From: Phyllobates terribilis
Lineage: Eukaryota
Length of the DNA stretch: 64,000 bases
Assembly (NCBI RefSeq): GCF_046119375.1
Contig: NW_027366100.1
Location: 1 to 64,000, forward strand
Direction: 5' to 3'
Below are positions 39,201 to 50,316 of the stretch, piece by piece. Position numbers and translations under genes: made by a program. Each line of letters begins with the position of its first letter. Position 1 is the first letter of the stretch. The notes beneath the pieces are model-generated. The model did not search any database and had not been told where the DNA came from. It saw only the letters and a program-made list of their open reading frames with translations.

Positions 39201-39396
39201 GAATCGAAGATCGAGCGTGACAGAGAAGAGCTGGAGAAAATTGCATTTGTGTGATGGAGAAAGTGGCGAAGATCGTGCAGGATAGAGAACAACGTTTATT
39301 TATAGGGGTACAAAAATACAAATATCATAAAAAGAGGGTAAGTGATAAAAATAAAGTTTAAAAGTGGGCAATGGGCCCAAATTCTTCAATACAGAA

Positions 39397-39690
39397 ACAA
39401 GGCAAGCTCCTGAAATATGTCTACCTTACCAAAAAAGAGAATAGACTATTTGCCGAAACAAAGCCCAATAAACAGCAGCCCAAGAGGCCCAAAAGCCCCC
39501 GCTTACCAATTACGCACCCTTGATAGCCGAAAACTCCTTGCCGGAAGCGGGCAAAGCTGGAGATTTTGAAGGGTGTATCGCGAAGATTTCTGTTAGCTTG
39601 AGAGCGAGATTTGGGGCGGCAGATTCGTCGGAGATACTCCAATTTTCTCTCACCTCGCCCTATAAATAATCTCTCTCAAGAATCTTCAAG
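39397..39690 (+). promoter_or_regulatory. NRPB9 promoter
   Basis: Site-II-like AGCCCA/GGCCCA motifs at 39460-39495 and TATAAAT at 39661. Confidence 0.6.
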
Positions 39691-40477
39691 ATGAGTACGA
39701 TGAAGTTCTGCCGTGAATGGTTAACTCCCCACTGAACTCTCAGTTGTTGAATAAAACCGATTTCAGTGTCTTCTACTTCCTTTTTAACTCAAATTCTTTG
39801 ATAATCGTTAATAAACATTCGTTTCATCGTCAATTTTGCTCTGATGCGTTTTGATTATTGCTACAGCAACAACATTCTGTACCCAAAGGAGGATAGGGAC
39901 CAAAAAATCCTCCTTTATGCTTGCCGTAACTGCGATCACCAGGTCTTTCTTTCACTCTCCACTCTATGATTGTCCAATTGATGACTTAATGTTCAAATTG
40001 CCCTGGTGTGGTAAATTTGTATTCAGTTTGGCTTCCTGTGATCCTCCAGGCTCTTATCGAAAGAGCAATTGTGTAATTTGCAATTCTGTATTGAATGTCT
40101 TTTACCGGATTTGGATTGCATGTTATGCCTGAACAAACTACATGTCTCTTATTCCTCTTTTGGTTATACAGGAGGTTGCTGATAACAACTGTGTGTACAG
40201 AAACGAGATTCATCATTCAGCTGGGGAGAGGACTCAAGTCCTCCAGGATGTAGCTGCTGATCCAACTTTACCTCGTACCAAAGCTGTTCGCTGTGCTCAA
40301 TGCAGTCATGGAGAAGCTGTTTTTTTCCAGGTACTGTTTGATTCTGATCACTGCTGCTTGAGATTTCGCTCAATCACTCTGGTTTATTATTTACAGGCTC
40401 CATCAAGAGGGGAAGAAGGTATGACACTGTTCTTCGTTTGTTGCAACCCCAACTGCGGCCACCGCTGGAGAGATTAG
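39691..40477 (+). CDS. NRPB9: RNA polymerase II/IV/V subunit 9, 114 aa; exons 39691-39719, 39867-39942, 40172-40330, 40397-40477
   Basis: [19 protein letters not shown]...[10 protein letters not shown]...ADPTLPRT...RCAQC...EAVFFQ...[18 protein letters not shown], with two Zn ribbons and in-phase GT-AG introns. Confidence 0.97.
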
Positions 40478-40674
40478 TTCATGTAACTTCGTTCGTTAAA
40501 GTGCTGTGAAATTGTGTAATTCGAAATCTGGGTTCTTTTTTGGGACTATTTCTAATCCAGACATTGATGAGAAGTAGAAGTAAACAAAATCCGAAACTGT
40601 GATGCTTTTCAACATTCTGGTTTATGCATCTTATTTAGTCACAAACACAAAGTTCAGTAGTAAGACTTTTGTCA

Positions 40675-40990
40675 TTAAACACCGCCGCTGCTCATATTCC
40701 AAAACTTAACTTCATGCTCAAGAACACTCAACAACGCCACCTCAGCTTTGGCTCGAGCATCATCTGAAGCCTTCAGAAGACAGCGGTTTGCAATACTCTG
40801 AAGAGTATTACAGTACTGAGCAAAGCCCTCATTTCCCCATCTCTCACACGTTGCTTTAAGCTCTGTTGGTGTACTTGAGTCATCTTCAAGACAGTGAGCG
40901 AAACTTTGTTGATAGACTGCCACAATTGCCCAGAATGCTGTGATGGCCGCTGCGTACTCGGTTTCAGGTTGCATCAAACTCTCAAGAAAT
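40675..40990 (-). pseudogene. TENA_E: TENA_E (TenA/THI-4 thiamine-salvage hydrolase) last exon only
   Basis: Acceptor TTGCAG, then RFLESLM...TAFWAIVAVYQQSFAHCLED...RWGNEGFAQYC...HEVKFWNMS. No exon 1 was found in the window. Confidence 0.8.
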
Positions 40991-41270
40991 CTGCAACGGA
41001 GTTGAAATTGCTTAGAAATGATACAATAGAAGATTTTGGATTGCATAATATGGTAGAGTCAGTTGAGTCTCCGTTTGGTATACTTTTCCGGTAACGAAAA
41101 CGGAAAGGAAACGAATCTAGACAATTTTACGTTAGCTGTTCATTCATCGAGATAGTTTTGCAACTTGTGACTCCCTTCGTCAAGGTATTGTGGAAACAAA
41201 TACCCTCGGCAAGTCGTAAGACCATCTTGTTAGTTCCGAGAATCAAATTTGAATAACAATTTAAACAAGA

Positions 41271-42315
41271 TGTATGAGCAGGATCAACAGGTCCTCGACG
41301 AGCAGCGTGGAAAGATACTCGACGAGTAAGACCTACGCAGGATAGGCCGGATCAACGTAGACAGGTCCTCGACGAGCAGGACCTACACAGGATGAGCCGG
41401 ATCGGCGTAGACTGATCCTCGACGAGCAGCTTAGGGAGATACTCGACGAGTAGACAGTCCGTCCAAGAGCCTATCTGATCTTCGTATCTCTTTGGCCGTC
41501 GAGATAATTTCGTATATCTCGAATGATCATCCACAAAAGTAATGTAGTACTTCTTTCCACCTCTAGATTCGGTGTTCCTAAATTCTGCTAGGTCTGAATG
41601 GATCAATTCCAACGGTTCAGTTGTCCTTTCATTGACAGAATTAAAAGCCTTTCTCTTAAATTTGGCCTCTACACATACATTACACTTTTTATGATCATAT
41701 TTAGTCAAGTTCGAAATTAATCCCATTGCATGCATTCGATTAATGGATTTAACATTCACATGTCCTAATCTAGCATGCCATAAATTCAAATATTCAACGA
41801 TATAAGCAGAAGAACCAATTTCATTGACAACAACAACATCAATTTCAAGGAAATACAATAAGTTGTTCCTATATGCCTTTCCTAGGAAAACACCATTCTT
41901 ACTTAAAACTATTTTCCCGCATTCAGTTACTTGCTTAATTCCAGCAATCTCAAGCAAAGCACCAGATACTCGACGAGCAGACAGTCCACATCATCCGGCT
42001 TGTTAACCTGACCCCTTAATATATTTGTTATAACTCGACCCGTTCTGACCCGAAAAAATTTGACCTGAAATGACCGATCCGAAATAACCCGAACCCGCAA
42101 CTATGTAACCCGAACCCGACCCGACCGACCCATTACTACGTCTACTTGAATAGGTGGGTTTTCGGATCGGATTGACGGGATGGGATAATCTGGCTCACTC
42201 CCAAAACACCTTCAACGTGGCCTTTTTATTTAAGTGAAAATTGTTACTACAGACATATACTGTGACAGAAGTCACAAGAGTAAAAAGAGCACATTTCACC
42301 CAAAATAAGGAGAGA
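41271..42315 (-). mobile_element. Segment X, copy 1: TAR-like Copia pre-integrase/integrase fragment between CTCGACGAG repeats, a hAT-MITE end and about 170 bp of unique DNA
   Basis: LWHARLGHVN, CNVCVEAK, LIHSDL and YITFVDDHSRY. ACCCGAACCCGACCCG repeats end at about 42145. Confidence 0.8.
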
Positions 42316-42810
42316 AATACAGAAACAAGGCAAGCTCCTGAAATATGTCTACCTTACCAAAAAAGAGAATAGACTATTTGCCGAAACAAAGCCCAATAAA
42401 CAGCAGCCCAAGAGGCCCAAAAGCCCCCGCTTACCAATTACGCACCCTTGATAGCCGAAAACTCCTTGCCGGAAGCGGGCAAAGCTGGAGATTTTGAAGG
42501 TGTATCGCGAAGATTTCTGTTAGCTTGAGAGCGAGATTTGGGGCGGCAGATTCGTCGGAGATACTCCAATTTTCTCTCACCTCGCCCTATAAATAATCTC
42601 TCTCAAGAATCTTCAAGATGAGTACGATGAAGTTCTGCCGTGAATGGTTAACTCCCCACTGAACTCTCAGTTGTTGAATAAAACCGATTTCAGTGTCTTC
42701 TACTTCCTTTTTAACTCAAATTCTTTGATAATCGTTAATAAACATTCGTTTCATCGTCAATTTTGCTCTGATGCGTTTTGATTATTGCTACAGCAACAAC
42801 ATTCTGTACC
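42316..42810 (+). pseudogene. NRPB9: Duplicated NRPB9 promoter, exon 1 (ATG 42618), intron 1 and start of exon 2
   Basis: Identical to 39388-39890 except for one 1-bp indel by eye. It breaks off after NNILY. Confidence 0.95.
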
Positions 42811-43841
42811 TCGACGAGCAGCGTGGAAAGATACTCGACGAGTAAGACCTACGCAGGATAGGCCGAATCAACGTAGACAGGTCCTCGACGAGCAGGACCT
42901 ACACAGGATGAGCCGGATCGGCGTAGACTGATCCTCGACGAGCAGCTTAGGGAGATACTCGACGAGCAGACAGTCCGTCCCAGAGCCTATCTGATCTTCG
43001 TATCTCTTTGGCCGTCGAGATAATTTCGTATATCTCGAATGATCATCCACAAAAGTAATGTAGTACTTCTTTCCACCTCTAGATTCGGTGTTCCTAAATT
43101 CTGCTAGGTCTGAATGGATCAATTCCAACGGTTCAGTTGTCCTTTCATTGACAGAATTAAAAGCCTTTCTCTTAAATTTGGCCTCTACACATACATTACA
43201 CTTTTTATGATCATATTTAGTCAAGTTCGAAATTAATCCCATTGCATGCATTCGATTAATGGATTTAACATTCACATGTCCTAATCTAGCATGCCATAAA
43301 TCCAAAGATTCAACGATATAAGCAGAAGAACCAATTTCATTGCCAACAACAACATCAGTTTCAAGGAAATACAATAAGTTGTTCCTATATGCCTTTCCTA
43401 GGAAAACACCATTCTTACTTAAAACTATTTTCCCGCATTCAGTTACTTGCTTAATTCCAGCAATCTCAAGCAAAGCACCAGATACTCGACGAGTAGACAG
43501 TCCACATCATCCGGCTTGTTAACCTGACCCCTTAATATATTTGTTATAACTCGACCCGTTCTGACCCGAAAGAATTTGACCTGAAATGACCGATCCGAAA
43601 TAACCCGAACCCGCAACTATGTAACCCGAACCCGACCCGACCGACCCGATTACTACGTCTACTTGAATTGGTGGGTTTTCGGATCGGATTGACGGGATGG
43701 GATAATCTGGCTCACTCCCAAAACACCTTCAACGTGGCCTTTTTATTTAAGTGAAAATTGTTACTACAGACATATACTGTGACAGAACTCACAAGAGTAA
43801 AAAGAGCACATTTCACCCAAAATAAGGAGAGAAATACAGAA
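42809..43841 (-). repeat. Segment X, copy 2
   Basis: About 12 differences from 41293-42324 by eye. Confidence 0.92.
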
Positions 43842-46031
43842 GGGTGTTTTTTTTAACTACCCCTTTTCTACACTTCCAACAACCAATTACCTCCCTAATT
43901 TCAGAAACTAATTATTTGACTCCCTTTCTATCAAAACCCTAAAATTATCACCTATCTACCACAATTTATTGTCATCAACACTCAAATTTATTGTCAGCAA
44001 CACATAATTTTCCAAATTTTATTGTCACCAACACAATTTATTGTCATCAACACTTAAATTTATTGTCAGCAACACATAAACATTCCAAATTTTATTGTCA
44101 TCAACACAATTTATTATCATCAACACTCAAATTTATTGTCAACAACACATAATTTTTCAAATTTTATTGTCATCAACACAATTTATTGTCATCAACATTT
44201 AAATTTATTGTCAGCCACACATAATTTTCCAAATTTTATTGTCACCAACACCAACACAATTTATTGTCATCAACACTTGTCAGCAACACATAATTTCCAA
44301 TTTTATTGTCACCAACACAATTTATTGTCATCAACACTCAAATTTATTGTCAACAACACATAATTTTCCAAATTTTATTGTCACCAAACCAATTTATTGT
44401 CATCAACACTTAAATTTATTGTCAGCAACACATAACATTCCAAATTTTATTGTCATCAACACAATTTATTATCATCAACACTCAAATTTATTGTCAACAA
44501 CACTTAATATTCCAATTTTTATTGTCATCAACACAATTTATTGTCAGCAACACATAATTTTCCAAATTTTATTGTCACCAACACAATTTATTGTCATCAA
44601 CACTCAAATTTAATCTTTGGTTTCAGTTACTCGTTAGCCATTTTAGCAAAATCAGCTTTTGACATCTATCATAGACACTCGACGAGCAGTAGACACTCGA
44701 CGAGTAGTGGGTTAAAAACTTAGGGTTTATCTCTGACGAGCAGATAAGATACTCGACGAGTAGTAGACACTCGACGAGCAGTAGACACTTGACGAGTAGT
44801 GGGTTAAAACTTAGGGTTTATCTCGACGAGCAGTGAAGATACTCGACGAGTAGTAGACACTCGACGAGCAGTAGACACTCGACGAGTAGTGGGTTTATCT
44901 CGACGAGCAGTGAAGACACTCGACGAGTAGTAGACACTCGAGGATCAGTAGATACTCAACGAGTAGAGCGGAAGACAATGGTAGTGGGTTTAGGGTTTAA
45001 CTCGACGAGCAGAGAGGACACTCGACGAGCAGAGAGGACAATCGACGAGCAGTAGACACTCGACGAGCAGCAGACACTCGACGAGCAGTAGATATTCGAC
45101 GAGTAGAGCGGAAGACAATGGTAGTGGGTTTAGGGTTTAACTCGACGAGCAGAGAGGACACTCGACGAGCTGTAGACAATGTAAGGCTGATACAGGTCCG
45201 AGGTCTGTATCGATTGGCTCTGATACCATGAAAAGAGAAGATGGAAATGTAATTGTGTGTGTTTATTCATGGAGGAGACCTCAATACATACAAGTTATAC
45301 AAGTGTGAATGAGATATCTTCCTAGAAGATATCTCATTCAAAAAAATCCAAATTTTATTGTCAGCAACTTAAATTTATTGTCAGCAAAAAAAATCCAAAT
45401 TTATTGTCATCAACATAATTTATCTTCATCAACATTAAAATTTTATTGTCAGCAACAAATAATATTTCAAATTTTATTGTCATCAACCTAACATTTATTA
45501 TCAGCAACAATTAAATTTCCAAATTTTATTGTCATCAACACAATTTATTGTCAACAACACTAAAATTTATTGTCAGCAACAAATAATTTTCCAAATTTTA
45601 TTGTTATCAACACAATTTATTTTCATCATCACTTAATTTATTGTCATCAAGAAATGATTTTCAAAATTTTATTATCATCAACACTAAAATTTATTGTCAG
45701 CAATAAATAATTTTTTCAAATTTTGTTATCATTATCACTAAAATTTATTGTCAGCAATAAATATTTTTTAATTTTTGTTGTCATCAACACACTTTATTGT
45801 CAACACTAAAATTTATTGTTATAAACACAATTTATTGTCATCACTTAAATTTATTGTCATTATTACTTAAATTTATTGTCATCAACACTATAACTTTATT
45901 GTTATCAACATGAATGGTGCCAAAAACATTTAGAAATCGAGACATTTAGGTTGTGTTATCTTCATCATATTTATTATGTCTTCAAAACTCCACTGTGCAA
46001 ACATCAAAAAACACTTCTACACAAAATGTAC
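43842..46031. mobile_element. Second, truncated and composite copy of the array-bearing MULE
   Basis: The left end is about 80% similar to 32087. Arrays lie at 43960-44610 and 45340-45910. The segment 45340-46031 closely matches 37300-38150. Confidence 0.8.
44611..45340 (-). mobile_element. Copia 5' fragment: partial LTR, Met-PBS and a repeat-rich 5' UTR
   Basis: GGCTCTGATACCA at about 45217-45229 followed by TGAAAAG. 18-bp GACACTCGACGAGCAGTA repeats with embedded TTTAGGG. Confidence 0.7.
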
Positions 46032-46962
46032 GGGGTTTAAACTTGGCAGGTCACTAAACTATCCCACAGTTCATTTCGATCACCAAACTAAAAAACGATA
46101 CGAAGTGATCACTGAACTATCAACATTCAACTTCCGACGATATTTTTTTATTTCCGACTCAGAATTGCCCATGTGGCTCCCGGGAAGATGACTCACACCA
46201 CAAATCACTTGCCACGTCATTAAATCACTTGTTTTTAATTTTAAAAAAATGTTTATTTTTGTAACCTTGCCAGGTCATCCTCTTCTCTGACACCGCTCGT
46301 CGAGGGCCTTACACTGCTTGTCGAGGGCCTTACACTGCTCGTCGAGGTCCTCTCACTGCTCGTCGAGGTCCTCTCACTGCTCGTAGGACTATTTACACCG
46401 CTCGTCGAGGGCCTTACACTGCTCGTCGAGGGCCTTACACTGCTCGTCGAGGTCCTCTCACTGCTCGTCGAGGTCCTCTCACTGCTCGTAGGACTATTTA
46501 CACCGCTCGTCGAGGGCCTTACACTGCTCGTCGAGGTCCTCTCACTGCTCGTCGAGGGTCTCACACCGATCCTGCACGTAGGACTATCTACACCGCTCGT
46601 CGAGGGCCTTACACTGCTCGTCGAGGGCCTTAAACAACAAGAAGAGGGTGGGTGCGAAGAGGGTAGTGTCGCAAGAGAAGTTCAATTCACAGAAGGTGTC
46701 AGAGAAGAGGGTGACCTGGCAAGGTTAAAAAAAATAAACATTTTTTTAAAATTAAAAACAAGTGATTTAATGACGTGGCAAGTGATTTGTGGGTGTGAGT
46801 CATCTTCCCCGGAGCCCACATGGGCAATTCTGAGTCGGAAATAAAAAAATATCGTCGGAAGTTGAATGTTGATAGTTCAGTGATCACTTCGTATCGTTTT
46901 TTAGTTTGGTGATCGAAATGAAACTGTGGGATAGTTGAGTGACCTACCAAGTTTAAAACCCC
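46032..46962. mobile_element. Foldback MULE/MITE, copy 1 (no TSD)
   Basis: About 250-bp TIRs starting GGGGTTTAAACTTGGCAGG. Internal 21-bp CTCGTCGAG repeats occur in one orientation only. Confidence 0.85.
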
Positions 46963-47785
46963 TTATCCTCCAACACTATCTTTTTACCTTTAAAATACCA
47001 TAAAGGTGATCCGCTAAAAATTAGCTAACGATAATTATTATAATCTGAATTCTATTATTCTCATTGTTAAGAATACAAACTACTGTAAAAATCAATGTAA
47101 GAGAAGAAGAAGTAGTGAATATGTATATTTGCAAGGATCAATTTTTTACAAGGCGAAATGAATTATTTAAATATTAACCCAGTGCGCGGATTTTGAGAAA
47201 AAATTAGAAGTCGCATTTGCGGATCCTTAACTATAACATTTGCAAAATTAAAAAAAGAGTCGCGGTTCCAAAATCCATACCTGCAACTTTTAAACTATTA
47301 CGGTTGCGAATTTTGGAATGCGACATATGGATTACTTAAAGAATGATGCGGGTACGGTTTTAGGAGCTCTGGCATTATTATGTTTGCGGATTCAGAATCC
47401 GCGATATGTCTTGTTGTTGTGGATTGCGAAATTGTGATATTTTGAGGCTAAATAGCAAAGAAACGAATATAAACAACCGCTGGGTAGTTCTAGATCACAA
47501 ACTCCGAAGATATCATTACTACCTTAGAGCACTCTTACAAGATTATTGGAATTCTAACTCCTAAATACCTCATATCTCATTCCTCAAATTATAGGGTTTT
47601 CCTATATCTTGTTTGAAAACCTCAAAACTCATAAAAGATCCATATTTCATATTTAAATATATTTAAATATATAAAATAATTTACAATTCCAACTCTTATT
47701 TCCCATTTTATATTTAAAATATGGTGGACTATCTATTTAAGAGTATATTAGGGGAGTACAAATTTAGGAATAGATTTAGCTTTTA

Positions 47786-48160
47786 GGGCTTGTTTGGTAT
47801 CCATTTCCTGAAATCAGGTATGAGTATGTAAGAGCTCATACTCATACCTGGTATTTGATATATCAGTATATGGATATCAACTTGATGTACTTGATATCTT
47901 GATATACTCATTTTATGCATATTCCATATACTCATTTTTATTAGGATCTCATATCCCTTCTGCCTCTTATTCGTTTTACATATTGTTTTCTAACCAAACT
48001 CATTTGTTCTTGTTGATGAATAACATGGTTGTTCTAAAAAATGTCAATCGTTATCTATATCATATCAAATGCATATGTAAGATAATCCCATACCCATATA
48101 TATGATATTCATACCATACCTTATATTTGATATCTTAAGATATGAATACCAAACGAGCCC
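47786..48160. mobile_element. Tourist (PIF/Harbinger) MITE
   Basis: TIRs GGGCTTGTTTGGTA and TACCAAACGAGCCC with TTA TSD. Confidence 0.88.
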
Positions 48161-50316
48161 TTAGAGAGTTCTCAAATATAGGACTCAATTATTATGAGAC
48201 CAATTTATTTAGGAGGTCTTCAATTTTACTCGCTCCGTCCCCAATTGTTCTTCCTGATTCTTTTTGCGGTACTATTCATCGATTAAGGGAATCTTGCTAA
48301 TAACTCCCAATATGTAAGTAAAAACATAGTCATGAGTGATCTTGTTAGATTCGTCTTAATAAATTCTTTAAGAATATTCAAATTTTAAGATTTTTGGATT
48401 AACATATTTAGAGATATATACGATTGAAAACATGCATTGACAAATGTGAAAAAAGAAAAAAAAAAGCAGAAAAAGGGGCAAAAAAAATAATATTTAAAAT
48501 CATTTTTTTAATTCTATGTCTATATTTGACTTTAAAGAAGATTATATGAGTCTTCTAAAAAGTGATCTTACATATTTGAGTTCGTTATCAAGATATATTC
48601 TAAGTATTTTATAACCTAAATGCCCAGTTGATTATGTTACGTAGAAGATGATTCAGATTCAGCTATTTCAAGTTACTCACCAATGTTCGGCTTCTCTTTT
48701 CTTTCTATATTCACATGATATTGACTTGGTTTCACAAAATTGTTCTTTTCAAGAGCAGTATGACCATCTACTTTGCCTATCTTCCACTTATTATACAATC
48801 AATAGACACAGCTTCATTTTGGCTTATTAATTGCAACCTTGCTGCATGTGGGGAGTGCTGATACAGCTTAATTACTTCGAAACATTATTAGCTAAATAGA
48901 GCAACCTCGAGGGCTATCCAGACTCCAGAGTATCATATATAAAAATTTAAATATAAATTAGATATACGTGAAAGGGACAGATCATATGCGTACAACCCAT
49001 TCCGTGCTTACGTGCGGATATGAACTTCTCTATATATTTTAAAAGCATGTCTTATGTTTTGAACCACATATGTACTATGAACATGAAATTTAATGAACAT
49101 CGTGTCTTATTTGTTGAACTACCTAAAATTTCAGAAATGAAGGTTCATAGTAAATATGTGGTTAAAAACATAAGACATGAAGGTTCATTAAATTACACAG
49201 AGATGTTCATATACGTACGCACGATATAGCCTATACGCACCAGAACCTCCTACATACGTAAAAATGAGAAGTGAATCAATCAATAATTAGAAAATAAAGA
49301 AAAAGATCATACAGTTCATACTCAATTATTAGTTCACACACAAAATCTGCTTCTTTTTTTAGTTGTATATGTATGATATTCGCATGATTACGGATACTCT
49401 TACTATAAGATTGAGAGTATCGCAAAGAATTTTTCAAAACCAATTAGAAATTTAAAGGTCTCAAATAAAAAAGACAAGTGAGATACTGTTAAATTAAGAT
49501 AAATATTATTGTATGTATTGATAATGTACAAGAATTTATATAATAACTACCAACTCATTTTTCGTGCCCTACACGAGATTATTTAAAAATATAATTTTAT
49601 AAAAGTTTTATGAGAGATTTTAAAATTAGGTAAGATTGAATTGAGTGATGAGATGGTGAAGAATTGCTAGATAAAAAATAATGACATATGATGAATAGAA
49701 CTAATATATAAATATAATCTTAATATCTATGTGCAATCCAAATTTGATATAGATCGAACTTTATCCGTTTAGATTCTGAATCGTAATAATAAATTTCTTC
49801 CTTTAAATTTCATTTATGTAATTAAACCAAATTTGTTTTTTTTGTTAAATTTTGATATAAAAAGATATTAATATAGTGTTTTGTTCGGTAAAAGTTTTTT
49901 TTTTTGTAGGAAATGCATCAGAATAATGAATTTGGTTCAAAATAACATAAAAATAAATAATAAATATAACATATTGTAGGGTTTTATCTTTAGGAAAAAT
50001 AGAATTTATAAATTTTTAATTAAATGTTAAAATCTATGTTGATTATAGTAACTAATTCAGAAAATAAAAAATAACATAAGTTTAGAAAAGAAATTGATTA
50101 ATATAGTAATTATTAATTAAGTTTTAGAATAATAATTCAAATTCAATAATTGATTAATCTAAAATTCTAAATATCTTATTAATTCATTCCTAAATCGTTG
50201 GATTTTGTTGAGTTGAAAGAATAAAAATAAAAATAAAAAAGAAATTAGGTCGAAGTGAGAGAATAGTCTAAACCAATAGAAAATTTATAACTAAACAATA
50301 GTGGGGTCTAAACTAT

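Larger units (their letters stand above)
32087..39387. mobile_element. Large MULE-like element with an AT-rich subterminal array, possibly a chimera of two copies
   Basis: Left end GGGTGTTTTTTAACT is homologous to 43842. The right end reads GAAGAATTTGGGCCCATTGCCC on minus. The right flank AATACAGAA matches the left flank of the 43842 copy, not this copy's own left flank. Confidence 0.6.

Noticed and set aside
35372-40990. RidA and TENA_E as a thiamine or metabolite-repair gene cluster
   Set aside because: RidA here is a broken transposon-captured fragment and TENA_E is truncated, so proximity is most simply chance.
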